A DNA stretch of 64,000 nt from Blastocladiella emersonii ATCC 22665. Taxonomy: Eukaryota; Fungi; Blastocladiomycota. Of this stretch, positions 9,938 to 22,200 are shown piece by piece. The DNA is taken from NCBI GenBank assembly GCA_025594325.1, contig JANHCV010000007.1, forward strand, positions 1,364,001-1,428,000, in the 5' to 3' direction. Under the pieces are notes generated by a model that worked only from the letters and a program-made list of their open reading frames with translations, made no database searches and was not told the DNA's origin. How positions within the stretch are numbered: the first letter of the stretch is position 1; each line of letters begins with the position of its first letter. The position numbers were made by a program, and so were the translations under genes.

Positions 9938-12082
9938 ATGAACCGCTCCAGCAGCGCCCTCCTGCCGCCCTTTGCACGAGCAATGCGCAGATTCCGCACC
10001 CAGCACGCCGTCCTACTCGCCGTGACCGCCCTCGTCGTCGTGACCGTCGCGCTTGCCGCCCTGGCGCTTCACGACCGTCCAGGCGGTCGTCACGGCCGCA
10101 TCTTCGCGGACCGCCTCGGCAAGCGTGACGCTGGCGGCAACACCGCCGTTGCCGACTTTCTCGCGCGTCTCGACGCCGGTCTCACGCCGCTGACGAACAA
10201 GTCGCGCGAGGCCACCTGGAACTACGACACCAACCTAACCAACGCCAACCTTGCGTACGTGTTCCTTGGTCTCTATCGGGTTCCGCGCTCGCACAAACTA
10301 ACGCATGGAGAATCACCCGTAGCAAGTCGACCAAGGCCGGTCTCGAGCTCAACGCCGCCATGCAGGGCTTCTACAACGAGTCCAAGCAGCTCAACACGAG
10401 TGGCGCGTCGCCCGCGCAGCGCCGCCAGCTCGACCGGCTCCAGGCCGGCTTCTCGGCGATGCTCTCGGACCCGGCCGAGCAGGCCGAGCTCGCCAACTTG
10501 ATCGGGAAGATGAAGGGCATTTACAGCTCCGGTGCGCTTCCTACTCTGCACATCCTCGCAGCCGTGTGAGCTGACCGTAACACTGCGCTTAGCCACGTAC
10601 AAGGGCCTCCCGCTCGAGCCCGACCTGACCGAGCTGCTCGCCACGTCGCGCGACTACGCCGAGCTCGCCGACGCGTACATGGGGTGGCGCAACGCGACGG
10701 GCCCGCGGATGCGCGGCGACTACCCGCGGTACATGGCGCTGTCCAACAAGGCCGCGCAGCAGGGCGGGTACCGCGACCTGAGCGAGCAGTGGCTCAGCCG
10801 CTACGACATGCCGGCGGACGCGATGGAGGCCCTCGTCGAGACCCTGTGGGCGCAGGTGCTCCCGCTGTACCGCGAGCTGCACTGCCACGTGCGCGGTCGG
10901 CTCGCGGGCTTCTACGGCGCGCAGTACTTCAGCGACGACGACAACCTGATCCCGGCGCACCTCCTCGGCGACATGTGGAGCCAGTGGTGGAGCAACATCG
11001 CCGACCTCGTGGCCCCGTTCCCCGACGCGCCCGCGGCGGTCAACCTGACGGCCGCTCTCCGCGCGCAGGGGTACTCGGCCGAGCGCATGCACCGCCTCAG
11101 CGACGACTTTTTCGTGGATCTCGGGCTCGAGCGGCTGCCCGCGACCTTCTGGAACCGCAGCATGCTGACCAAGCCGACCGACGGCCGCGACGTCGTGTGC
11201 AACGCCGCGGCGCGCAGCATCGACATGGACCGCGACGTGCGGATCAAAATGTGCACGGACGTGACGGGCGAGGACTTTGCGACGGTCCATCACGAGCAAG
11301 GGCATCTCCAGTACAACCTCGCGTACCGCGCGCAGCCGTACCTGTTCCGCGAGGGCGCCGCCGACTTTTTCCACGAGGCCGTCGGCGACACGGTCGCGCT
11401 GTCGGTCCTGGTCCCCAAGCACCTCGCCGAGATCGGGCTCGCCGACGGCGGCGGCGGCGGTGGCGGCAACGGCACCTCGGACGCGGTGCGCGAGCAGCAG
11501 TCGCTCAACGCGCTCATGAACACGGCGCTCGACAAGATCGCGTTCCTGCCGTTCGGCTACCTCGTCGACCGGTGGCGCTGGCTCGTGGCGCGCGGCACCA
11601 TCACGCCCGCCAACTACACGGCCGCGTGGTGGGACCTCGTGCAGACGGTGCAGGGCATGAAGCCGCCGGTCCCGCGCGACTCCGCCTCCTCGGCCGACGC
11701 CGAGGGCGCGTTCGATCCGGGCGCCAAGTACCACGTCGCGGCCGGGGTGCCGTACCTGCGGTACATGCTCAGCACGATCCTTGAGTTCCAGTTCCACCGC
11801 GCGCTGTGCCGCGCCGCCGGGTACGCCGGCCCGCTGCACGAGTGTACCGTGGCAGGGTCCAAGGCCGCCGGCGCGCAGTTCCGCGCGATGCTCGCCCTCG
11901 GCGCGTCAAAGCCGTGGCCCGACGCGCTCGCTGCGGCCACGGGCGGGGCTGAGCGCGACCTCGACGTGGCGGCGCTCGTCGAGTACTTTCGCCCGCTCCT
12001 TGACTGGCTCAAGGCGCAGAACGCCGGCAAGTCGTGCGCGTGGACGCCCGGGTCCGAGGAGCTCGCGCGGTCGCGACTGTAA
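9938..12082 (+). CDS. ACE: Peptidase M2 (angiotensin-converting enzyme-like peptidyl-dipeptidase), single domain with N-terminal hydrophobic anchor/signal; introns 10255-10322 and 10532-10592
   Basis: HHEQGH (HEXXH) plus FHEAVGD, PAHLLGDMWSQ, RIKMCT and FDPGAKYHV. Both introns restore the frame. Confidence 0.92.
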
Positions 12083-12445
12083 CCCGTACTTTAACTTTGA
12101 ATTCCTTCTTTTGGATGCGTTTTTTTGTGGCTGAGCGATTCGAGCAGAAGGGCAGGCTCAGAGACGCGTCGTTTTGGAATCTCGATCACGCATGATCGCG
12201 GATCACGCGGGATTAGACGTCGCGCGCTTCCGCGCCGCAAAAGTCTTTCCTTCGTTCTGCGGGCTAAAATCGTATTGACTGCGGTCCTGGAACGCAAACC
12301 GCGTTCGAATGGTCGCGGAGCGAGAACCGCCTTCGAATGGCCCTAGAGCGCGAACCACTCCTCGTCGCTGAGGAACACTGTCTGACTTCGAATGCCTGTG
12401 CGGCGTGGTGTCACTTTGACTGGCAGATATCGCAGCGGGTACAAA

Positions 12446-13390
12446 ATGCGCGCCCTTCTGCTTACGGACGGTCTCCATCACAACGGATCATTCGACAGCA
12501 TGTGCTTGATGAAGCAGACTCTCGCCGGCCCGGTGCGGGCTGCCATCACCCGCCGTGCTCTCGCGACGGTTTCCACAGCACCGATGTACCCCTCGGCCAA
12601 CTTCCACGACTTAACCGTCGACGCCCACGGCCTCGTTCATGTCGCCCGCCCGATCCATGACGACCCGACCCTGCCTCTCTCCCACTCACCACGCCCCATC
12701 GTCCTCGTGCTCGGCTGGTGGAACGCGTCCCCACACCACGTGCACAAGTACGTCTCGCTGCACCTCGAGCGCGGCGCCAATGTCATCTACGCAACGCTGC
12801 CCGCGCACTGCGCCGCCGTCCCCCTCCTCGCGCTGGACCGCAACATCCGCCGCCTGCGCGAGGCGCTCGCCCGCGCGACCGACGACCGCCCGCTCGCCGC
12901 CGTCCACGCCCTGAGCAACAACGGCGCGTACGCGTACGCGCTCGCGAACGCGGTACACTCGATCCGCACGCTGCGCACCGTGTGCGACTCGGGCCCGGCG
13001 TTCCTGACGCCCGAGAACCTGGTCGCGGGGACGCTCGGCGCGGGCGCGGAGCGCGCGTGGGCCGTGGCCGCGGCGCGGCGGTGTCTCGGGTTCGCCCCGC
13101 ACACGCGGATCGTTGACCGGCTGCATGCTGCGCTCGCGGATCTCCCGGCGTGTCCGACGCTGTTGCTGGGTGGGCACCGCGACCGCGTCATTCCGCCTGC
13201 GGCGATCGCCGAGCTCGCGCGCAGCTTTTTTGCGCCGGAACGGACGGCGGCGGTGTGGTTCGACTCGGGGCACGTCGAGCACTTGCGCCGGTTCCCGGAC
13301 GAGTACCGACGCGTCGTTGACGCATTCATGTGTGACGAGGTGGCCATGGGGATCCCGCCGCTCGATGAGCGCGTCAAGGTCGAGGAGTAG
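12446..13390 (+). CDS. DUF829/TMEM53-like alpha/beta-hydrolase-fold protein
   Basis: VLVLGWWNASPHHVHKY, HALSNNG, DSGP, D.VIP and SGHVEH match DUF829 motifs. The start could also be 12500. Confidence 0.8.
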   Translation: MRALLLTDGLHHNGSFDSMCLMKQTLAGPVRAAITRRALATVSTAPMYPSANFHDLTVDAHGLVHVARPIHDDPTLPLSHSPRPIVLVLGWWNASPHHVHKYVSLHLERGANVIYATLPAHCAAVPLLALDRNIRRLREALARATDDRPLAAVHALSNNGAYAYALANAVHSIRTLRTVCDSGPAFLTPENLVAGTLGAGAERAWAVAAARRCLGFAPHTRIVDRLHAALADLPACPTLLLGGHRDRVIPPAAIAELARSFFAPERTAAVWFDSGHVEHLRRFPDEYRRVVDAFMCDEVAMGIPPLDERVKVEE

Positions 13391-14382
13391 CGCGGGGAAG
13401 CATAGCTATAGTGTATACATGACAGATTGTCACCCAATCTATTGAAGCCTCCTCGAACACGCCGGCCACGCGATTTTACAGAGGGCCGCACTCGCGCGAG
13501 CGGCGCGTACTTTTCACAGCGCTCGCGCGCGTGCGGCCCAACAGCGCGGCGCAACCGGTCTAGCGAGATGCGAGCTGCAGCCTCCCGCGGCGCCCCAGAA
13601 CACGGACGTGCACAGTCAAGAGGATGATGCACGAGAGCGGACGCGTTCGCGCAGCGAGACTTATTGGCGTGAATCAAGTTTGACACCCGCGACATGATCG
13701 AGGCGCCAGGTGCAGCGGGAGAAGATCAATAGTTGCTGCGCGGGCGGGCTGCTGCAAGTCCGCTGCGATGCGGCCGCATAAGCAGGCGAGCCGCAGGTCC
13801 GTGCTCGCGATGGTCAGGGCTGAAGTGGCGGAGCCGCCCAACTGTTCGGAGACAGGCGGATTGCTGAAGCGTCGTCCGAAGATGGGGGTTACGTCGAAAG
13901 CAACACGTCCCTCCGAGACAGCGGCGGGTTAGAGCTCACGCGAACTCGGGAACAAGAGCGAGGCATGTGAGACAAGTTTTCTATCTACACACGCTTCCAA
14001 TGCTGCATGCGCGTGTGCCGTGCTTGAGTACTCGATCCGCTCGCGTGTTGCAGCGGCACGACGTACCGAGTTCAACTGACCGGCGACTCAGGCTCCGTGA
14101 CGGTGCGCCCGCTCACTGGCGTCAACCCACGACGCGGGAGTAAGTTTGATACATTGCTACAAGTGAGGATACGTTTTGGGAGCGAGAGCGCGCAGCGCGC
14201 GGCCTCCTCGCTTTCACCCTGACACGCGCGTTATCGCTGGTCACGCGGACTTGACCTGCCTGCCGTTGGGGAAGCGACCCTCGCCGCGTTGCGCCGCCCC
14301 CGCCGATCCCTTCTCCTCGTCGTCCTTCGCTCTCGGCGCAAAAGTTGACCGCTTCTAGTCTCTGCAACGTAACCGCGCCACC

Positions 14383-14839
14383 ATGTATCGCCACCTCGCC
14401 ACGACGCTGTCCCGCCGCGCGCCGACCGCCGCCGCTACGCCGTCGCGCTGTACTTCGCTTTCCTCCCTCGCGGACCCCACCCCCACCCCCACTCACCCTC
14501 TGCCCCTCCATCCCCTTGCTAGCCATCCAGTACCTTGTCCGGATCCCGGACTTCACCGACGCCGACGCACTGACGCGTCGCATGGGCGCTCGCCCCGCTC
14601 ATCTCGCGAGCGCCGCGGCGCTGCAGGAGCAGGGGATACTTCTCGCGGGCGGTGCGCAGCTGGGCGGGCCCGACTGCAACACGATGGTCGGGTCAGTGTT
14701 CATCCTCGACATGCCCGACGAGCGCGCGCTGCGCGACCTGCTGCGAGCCGACCCGTACGTCACGGCCAAGGTGTGGGACGTGGACCGCGCCGAGGTGCAG
14801 AAGATCAAGCTCGCGCGGCTCGGGACGCTCAAGGCGTGA
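14383..14839 (+). CDS. YCII-related domain protein with probable mitochondrial presequence (one intron near 14450-14530)
   Basis: RMGARPAHL, GSVFILD and ADPYVTAKVWD match the YciI/YCII pattern. The N-terminus MYRHLATTLSRR is Arg/Ser-rich. Confidence 0.8.
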
Positions 14840-14878
14840 TGTAGAGAAGAGTGTATAACATGCGCGCGAATTGTTCGG

Positions 14879-15919
14879 CTACGCGTGCACCGCGGACGCG
14901 GCCGCGATCCCGCCGCCACCGCCCGCTGCGACGGATGCGTTGGCCGGGTTCCCCGCGCCGCCGCCCGACGACGATGACGACGCTGCGGCGGCGGCAGTCC
15001 CGCCCTCGCCCGCGCGGTCGAGCTGGATGATCTCGGACAGGTCGAGGATGAACTGCTGGATCTTGTCGAGCTGGTCGAGCGCCTTCGTCGTGGACGTGAC
15101 GCGGTTGTTGAGGTGGAGCTTGACGAGGTTGAAGAGGTTGTTGGTGGCCATACGGACCTGGCCGAGCTCGAGCGACTTTTGGCGGGCGCCGTGCATCGAC
15201 CGCTCGATGGCGAGCTGCCACGCGGCGCTGCGTGCCTCGAGCTCCTCGAGGCGGAGCTTGAGCGTGGCGATGGTGTTGTTGAGGTTCAGAATCGTCGTGT
15301 TCTTCTCCTCGCCGCGGGCCTGGAACGCCTGGCGCTCGGCCTCGTTGCGGTCCTGCGCGACGCGCGCGCGGTCGACGAGCTCGGCGTTGGTCATGCTGAG
15401 CGTGTCGAAGCGCGAGAGGAGGTCGCGGATCTCGGAGAACCCCTCGGCGACCTCGAGGATCGACTCGAGGTACCGCTGGTAGTGCATGCCCTGGCGCACC
15501 TGGCGCTCCTGGCGGACGCGGACGCGCGACAGCTGCGCGACCTGGTCTTTCAGGCGGGCGATCTCGAGCTCCTTCGCTTCGCGGAACTTGCGCTCCTCGT
15601 GCGCCTTCTTGACGGCGCGGTTGCGTTTCGCGTCGTTGTCCTTGAGAAACTTCTCGAACTTGGTCAACGAGTCGCCCAGCATCCCCTCTTTCCGGGTCAG
15701 CTCCTCGCGCCGCTGCGCGAGCATGTCCATGCGAATGCGGAACTCGTCCTTCTCGCGCGTCAGGCCGGCCTCGAGGTCCTGGATCTCCCGCCGCTTCTCC
15801 AGCAGCCGCGTCGCCGGCGTGATGTCCGCCTCATCGTTGCCCGGGACGCACACCTGCAGCGTCTTCTCCACGTTGTGCCGGAAGTACTCGGCCAGCTCCT
15901 GCTGCGTGTTGTTCGTCAT
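14879..15919 (-). CDS. CFAP73: CCDC42/CFAP73-family cilia/flagella-associated coiled-coil protein (DUF4200)
   Basis: TRLLEKRRE..KDEFRIRM..RREEL..LTKFEKFLKDNDAKRNRA is the DUF4200 signature; long coiled coil. Confidence 0.85.
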   Translation of the reverse strand: MTNNTQQELAEYFRHNVEKTLQVCVPGNDEADITPATRLLEKRREIQDLEAGLTREKDEFRIRMDMLAQRREELTRKEGMLGDSLTKFEKFLKDNDAKRNRAVKKAHEERKFREAKELEIARLKDQVAQLSRVRVRQERQVRQGMHYQRYLESILEVAEGFSEIRDLLSRFDTLSMTNAELVDRARVAQDRNEAERQAFQARGEEKNTTILNLNNTIATLKLRLEELEARSAAWQLAIERSMHGARQKSLELGQVRMATNNLFNLVKLHLNNRVTSTTKALDQLDKIQQFILDLSEIIQLDRAGEGGTAAAAASSSSSGGGAGNPANASVAAGGGGGIAAASAVHA

Positions 15920-16015
15920 TTGCGGTTACATGTGCGGGTGGTCGGTGAGGGGTGCGCGAGCGTGCGGGCTTGACGCGGGCGCGCGTGTCTCAAGTGTCTC
16001 GCACTCGGCCAGCCG

Positions 16016-16035
16016 CACGTGAGTGGCGCGACGCG
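16016..16035 (-). repeat. Degenerate copy of the 20-bp motif (CACGTGAGTGGCGCGACGCG), about 100 bp upstream of CFAP73
   Basis: The first 14 bp are identical to the 2365 and 3473 copies. Confidence 0.65.
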
Positions 16036-16117
16036 TCCGTCCGTGGCGGGCTTCACGCAAAAACCAGCTTTTTATGATCAATGTGCAAAACCGCAAAACT
16101 ATACCCCTCCATCCCAC

Positions 16118-18465
16118 TCACTCCCGCGGATACCCCGCCGCCGCATTCCCCGAAGGCGTCGGCGACGGTCCGAGCGGGGACAACGTAGCGACGCTAGGCG
16201 ACGGCGCGACGCGCGGAGACCGCGCACCCACCGCTGCCGCGGTATCCGCTTCCCGCACGTGCGACGGCAGGACGGGCGACGGCGGCGGCGGCGCGTTGAT
16301 GGCGGACACGAGCGAGTACCACCCGCCGTTCTCGAGCTTGGTCGCGGGCGGCGGGGGCGCGCACTCGGATGGCGGGAGGAGCGCCGTCGGGACCGTCGGG
16401 ACGGGCGGCGCCTGCTTCTCGGCGGCGGTGGAGGACTGGACGTTGCTGTCGTGCGACTTGGATTTGAGCTTGAACAGGCTGAACGAGCTACCGCCGCGGG
16501 AGCGGGAGAGCGGGGCGCGGGTGCCGCCAGCGGCGGGGACCGTGGTTTCCGAGTCGGCGGTCGAGGGCACGGATTCGAGTTCCTACACGCGACGATTAGG
16601 GAGGGGGTGAGTATATCGCGCGTGCACTGAGAGGGAGACCGCAGCAGCTTGGAGCAAACGAAGATGTTCATTCCAAGCACAGAACGGCCTCGGGGAGGGG
16701 GTGTGGGGTGAGGGGCGGCGAGTCGGGATAGGGGAATCGACGAGGGGTAGGGTCGGTCTAGCGCGGTCTAGGGGAGGGGGAGTCGAGGAGGAGAACGGGA
16801 GCGGCACAGCGCCACGAGTGAGGGAGATCAGGTCTATGGGGAGGAAAGGAGAGGGCGGGGGAGATCAGCGGCGCAGGGTGGGCGGCGGTGCGCGCGGCGC
16901 GTTGGAGAGGTTGGTGAGCGACGTCGTCGAGGTAGTACTGACCATGTTGTCGCGGGACGCGTCGACGCTGGACCGACGGCTCGCCGTGTGAAAGTCCTCG
17001 GTGACCTGGTACTTGTAGGCGCTGTACTTGTCCTTTTCGGGCAGGACGCGGAGCATGAGGAACTCGACGATGAGCACGGCGATGCGGAACAGGGCAAACG
17101 AGGCCACCACGTTGGTCAGCAGCGTGATGAGCTGGAACTGGCCGAGCTTGCCCGTCTGGACAAACTTGATGCGGATCCCGTGGCGGTTCCACTGCTGCAT
17201 GGTCACGTTGGCGCCGAGCGGGCCGACCGGGATGTAGTGGTTCTCGAGCACCTTGGTCTCGGCGCCCTGGATCATGGACACGCGGTACGTGTACGAGATC
17301 TCCTCGGGGTTGCTCACCATGTTGGCGTAGTCGACCATGACGATCAGCACGATCCCCGCGAACCGCATCGTCTCGTTGTTGGCGGCGCCCGACGGCGACT
17401 TTGTGGGGAGGTTGAGCGAAGACACGTTGGCGGCGGCGAGGAGGTCCGCGACTAGGTCAGCGCGCGAGGGTTGTCAGCGGCGAGTCTTGCGAACAAGCGA
17501 GAAAGCAACGTACTGGAGAAGATATCGCCGGCAATGTTAGTCCCGCGGACCACGACACGGCTGAGGTCGTTGCCGTAATGCGACGCCTCGTCGGTCCGGT
17601 CCGCAGGCGGCGCGCTGGCGGGGATATAGCTGCGCATGGGCTTCCCCTCGACGTCGAGCAGCTTCCCGCGCAGGTCGCCGTTGCGCAGCGAGATGGCAGT
17701 GGAGAAGCCGCGGACCGTGTGCTCGACCATGATCGTGTAGTTCTCGACGTCGGCGGCGTAGTAGTCGACGGCGCGCGATTTCGGGAACCCCGGCTGGCAC
17801 GCCTGCGAGGCCGGCGCAAACGGGTTGCACCCGTCGGCGACGGTCGCATTGGTCAGCGACACGCGTGTCGTCACGAAGATGGTCGACTCCTCGGTCGTGG
17901 GCGTGATCTGCGCCGACGACAGGTACAGGCACTTGCCCGCGACCGTGTCGCAGTACGGCGGCGACGCGAGCGCCGAGGGCGGCAGGATGGTTGTCCGGAC
18001 AGAGCCTGGAGATGGTCATAGGGAGAGGATGCGGTGCAAGAGGAAGATCATGCACGCGCCACGACACGATCAGTCACGGCCAGGTCATCGCGGGTCAGAA
18101 TCATCGCAAGAAGGACGAGAGGCGGATACACGGCAATACACGAAGCGGGCGCAAAGTTAGGCGACACGACCACGGCCGCCGGCGAGGGGCGGTTCAGAGA
18201 CGGAGGGCACGGTACCACCGGTGACGGACTCGGTGGCGAGGAACAGCTGCTTGCTGAAGATGGTGTAGACAATGTAGCCGACGATCAGGAGCATGAAAAA
18301 GTAGTGCAGGCCGCCCAACCTCCGATCGCGGACCCTATACGGTGGTGCAGCGAGCGGATCGGATCAGCGACGCGGCAGGGACGACGCGCGGGCGGAAAGT
18401 GCGTACTTGACGGTCTTGAAGGTCGAGTAGCTGAGGACATCGTCCCAGTCCCAATGGCGGCCCAT
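16118..18465 (-). CDS. P2RX: P2X purinergic receptor-like ATP-gated channel (multi-exon; last exon 16118-16583 tentative)
   Basis: N-terminal WDDVLSYSTFKTVK|VRDRRLG plus TM1 LHYFFMLLIVGYIVY. C-terminal HGIRIKFVQTGKLGQF plus TM2 and YSAYKY. Two-TM topology. Confidence 0.85.
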
Positions 18466-19211
18466 GTTGATGGTGCGGAGCAGCGAGTCGGGATCGCGCG
18501 GATCGAGGGCAGGAGAGAGGATGCGGGTGCTCAGAGGCGAAGGAGCGCGAGGGTCGCAGCGGCGTGATCGGGTGGCGGCGCCAGCACTAGCGCGAGTGTG
18601 CGGTCCAGAGCGGAAGGAGACGGGGGCCGCAGGCGCAGCGGTGCTGACAGAGGAGTGCAGGGAGAGAGAGAGCGTTGGGAACGGGGAGTAGGGCGAGGAG
18701 CGTGGGCGCAGCAGTCGGAGCGGAAGCTTGAGCGAGGGTTTCCCGGCCGGCGGGGACTCTCGGCATGTGGCGCAACGCAAGGCAACGCCGCACGCACGCA
18801 CGCGACGAGCGAGCGCGACATCACACCCGCGGTCGGCGGAGGTCCCTGCCCTCGCGGCCCACCCACCACAGCGGCCGTGTCCGCGCACAGCGCAGCGCGT
18901 TGCGACGCGACGCGTCGTGTGCTCTGCGACATGTGCGAGACGCGCTCGTGACCGCATGAGCGTCCCGCGGCACGCGAGCCCACGCGGCCCAGCCGCGAGG
19001 ATCACCGAATAGGCGAGGATCACATCTGCAAGAGCGTGGCCGTTGCGGAATACAGTAGATTGTGATGTGATCCAGGCGTGACGCACTGGCGACTCGAAGC
19101 GGAGTGCGAGCCAGGTGAGTCCCAAGCCTGGTACGTGCACTCTCGAGCAGCGGGTGCCCGTTCTCTCTCTCGCTCCCTCCCTCTGCCCCTCCGAGTCGCG
19201 TTCTTCGCGCA

Positions 19212-22200
19212 ATGACCACCACCATGGATCTGCCCGAAACCAGCACCACCAGCACCTCGACCGCGCCGCTCCGCCTGCGCCTCGCCGACGTGCCGCTCGA
19301 CCACGTCGTGCTGTTCCCCGACTCGGCCCAGGTCCATCGCCTCCTCACCCTGCCGGCCTCGCCGTCGTCGTCTGGCGCCACGATTTCGGTCGACGAGGAC
19401 GATGCCTCGTCCGCGACGTCCGCGGACGACGCCAAGTCTGCGCTCGCCAACACCAGCGGCTCGTCGGCGTCGTCGGCCGTGTCGACCGTGACGCTCCGCC
19501 TCACCGGCATCACCGCGGCCGTCGACCTGGACACGCTTCGGTACGGACGCATCATTGACGGGTCAGCTTGAACCTTCCCTCACACCGCTTACATCTAGTC
19601 TCGAGCCCGTCAACGATGGCTCGACGGACGACCTGATCCTCCCCGAGGTCGTCGCCAAGCGCTTCGTCGCTCCCGAGCCCGAGCCCGAGCCCAAGGTCGC
19701 CGACACGGCCGCCGACACGCACCGCACCCTCACCACGTCCAAGAAGACCGTCGCCAGCGGCGCCCGCAAGCTCCTGGCCGAGCGCGACACGCTGCGCGCC
19801 AAGATCGACATCCTCGAGGCCAACCTCAAGGCCCATACCTCGCCGGCTCCCTCTGCCGTTTCGGCCGACGGCACGCATGCCGCTGCGCTGCCCAACTTCG
19901 AGGACGCGACGCGCTTCATTGACCAGACCATGGCCGTCATCCTCGCCGCCCGCGAGCGCCTCGCCGAGATCGACGACGCCCTCGCCGACCTGCACGACGA
20001 GGAGGCCGAGCTCATCAAGGAGCTCGCCGCCCTCGACCTCGCCGCCAAACCGGCGCCCCGCGCCGTGCCCGCCTTTGCCACCGTGCCGTCGACCGCGCAC
20101 TCCGACCCCGCCAAGTTTGACGTCGAGATCACCATCGCTGTGCCCGCGTCCGCTGAGCCGGCCTCGTTCAACCTCACCTACGGTACGCCCGCCCAATCAC
20201 CCTCCACTAGAAGAGCTTCGCTGACCGCTATCGCCCCGACTTGGTAGACATCTCCAAGGGCGTAGCGTGGTGGCCCGACTACCTGCTCGAGATCACGTCG
20301 CCGCCCGCCGACTCGCCCAACCCGGAGGCCGCCACTGCCCGCCTCACCTTCACCGCCAACGTCCGCCAGTGCACCGGCGAGAACTGGACCGGCTGCCCGA
20401 TTGACATTGCCGTCTCGTCCATGGCCAAGCCGGCGCCGCCGCCCGCCCCGTTCACCAACACCACCCCGTTCGGTGCTGCGCAGCCCGCCCCTACTTCGGC
20501 CCCCGCCTCGAACACCCTGACCGAGCAGGGCGTCCTGTTCGGCGCTGCGCGTCCCGCCCCCGTTCCGCCGCCCGTTTCGAGCATCCTGCCCGGCTTCGGC
20601 ATGCAGGGCGTCCCGTTCGGCGCCGCGCCTACTCAGGCGACTGCCGGCTTCGGTTCGGCCACGGCGCCCGCTCGAGCGACCGGGTTCACGCTCGGCGGCG
20701 CCCCCGCCTCGTCGCCCGCGTCCGGCGGCTCGGTGTTCGGCGGCGCGCCCGCTACGTCCTCGCCGTTAGGTGCCTCCTCGAGCGCCACCACCACCACCAC
20801 CACGCCCGCGTTCGGCAGCTCGGCGTTTGGCGCGCCCGTCACCACCACGGCGTTCAGCACGCTCGGGACCGCCGCGCCTGCGCCGACGGCGTTTGGCGCG
20901 CCCACGAAGACAGCGTTTGGCGCGTCCACGACGACGGCGTTTGGAGCGCCCGCGCCGATGGCGCCTTCTGCGCCGTTCAACGGGTATCAAGTCTACGGCA
21001 CGTACGAAGCGGGGAACTTCATGGCCAAGGCCGCCGATCCTCGCTTCGCGGACAAGAGCCCCGAGGAGGAGCACGTCGAGTTCATCGAGGCCGCCAAGAC
21101 CAAGAAGGCGTACGTTGCTCGTCCACGTTGGGCAGGCGGTCAACGTGAAACTGACTTGACTCCCTCCAAATACTAGCGCGCTCGTCGCTTCGCTCGCCGC
21201 GCCCCCGTTCGTGCCCAAGTCGCTCTCGCCGTTCGGCGGCTCCATCAACAACGTCGGCGCGAGCGTCCCCGCTGTCGCCTCGCCGTTCGGCGCGTCGGCC
21301 CCGACCTCGACCTCAACCACCGCCACTCAGCCCGCCTCGACGACCGCCGCGACCGTGGCTCCCGCCGCCACCACCTCGACCCCGTTCAGCGCCTTCGCCG
21401 CGGCCCCCGGCCCGACCTTTGGCTCGATCGCGGCCGCCGCCACCCCGTCGTCCGTGGCGGCCGCTCAGCAGGCCCTCACTGCCGGCGCCCCCGCCTTTGG
21501 CGCCGCGCCCAGCACGTTCGGCAGCTCGACCGCCACGGGCACGGCCGCGGCTGCGCAGCCGTCGGCGTTCGGCAGCTCGAGCTCGACCGCCGCAGGCACG
21601 GCCGCGCCGCCGTTGGCGTTCGGCAGCTCGACGGGCTCCGAGCCCAGCAGCTTCACCTTCGGCAAGCCAAGTACGGCCGCGGCGCCGCCCGCGTTCGGCA
21701 CCACTTCTACTCTCGGGTGGACCCCGGGCGCGACCGGGTTCGGGTCGTCTACGAGTGGCGTGTTCGGCAACACCAACACGGGCGGCGCGTTCGGCAGCGC
21801 CAGCGCTGCAGCGGCCAAGCCGGCCGCGTCGACGAGTCTCTTCGGTACGGCGCCCACGGCCGCGGCCGCGGTCCCGAGCCTGTTCGGCACCATCGCCTCG
21901 GAGCACGTTCCCGCCTCGGTGGCGCCCGCGACCAACACCGCGGCGTTCGGCTCCGCCGCGCCGCCGCCCGCCGCGGGGTTCGGCGGCTCGTTCAACCTGT
22001 TCGGCAGCCCGCCCAAGTTCACGCGCGGTGAGGAGTTCGGCTTCTTCAGCGACCCGGCGGTCCCGCTCACGCTGCGCGACGTGGTCGGCCCGCCGATGCG
22101 CGAGCGCGCGTGGGCCGCGCAGGTCTACGCGTCGCAGCAGCCGGCGTTCGCCACGACTGCGTCGTGGCCCGGTGTCATGCGCCCGATGCGCGTGCGGGTC

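Noticed and set aside
13400-14380. 1-kb gene-free stretch as a possible ncRNA
   Set aside because: No recognisable structure, Pol III boxes or repeats; most likely a promoter/UTR region.
20640-22000. Repeating TTCGGC/TTTGGC units as a CRISPR-like array
   Set aside because: They are Phe-Gly codons in a coding region, with no constant 23-47 bp repeat and no cas genes; the context is eukaryotic.
20400-22050. FG-repeat region as a bona fide Nup98/Nup116 gene
   Set aside because: There is no autoproteolytic (HFS) or Nup96 region, and the flanks are DUF4139-like and splice in frame. It is reported as a fusion instead.
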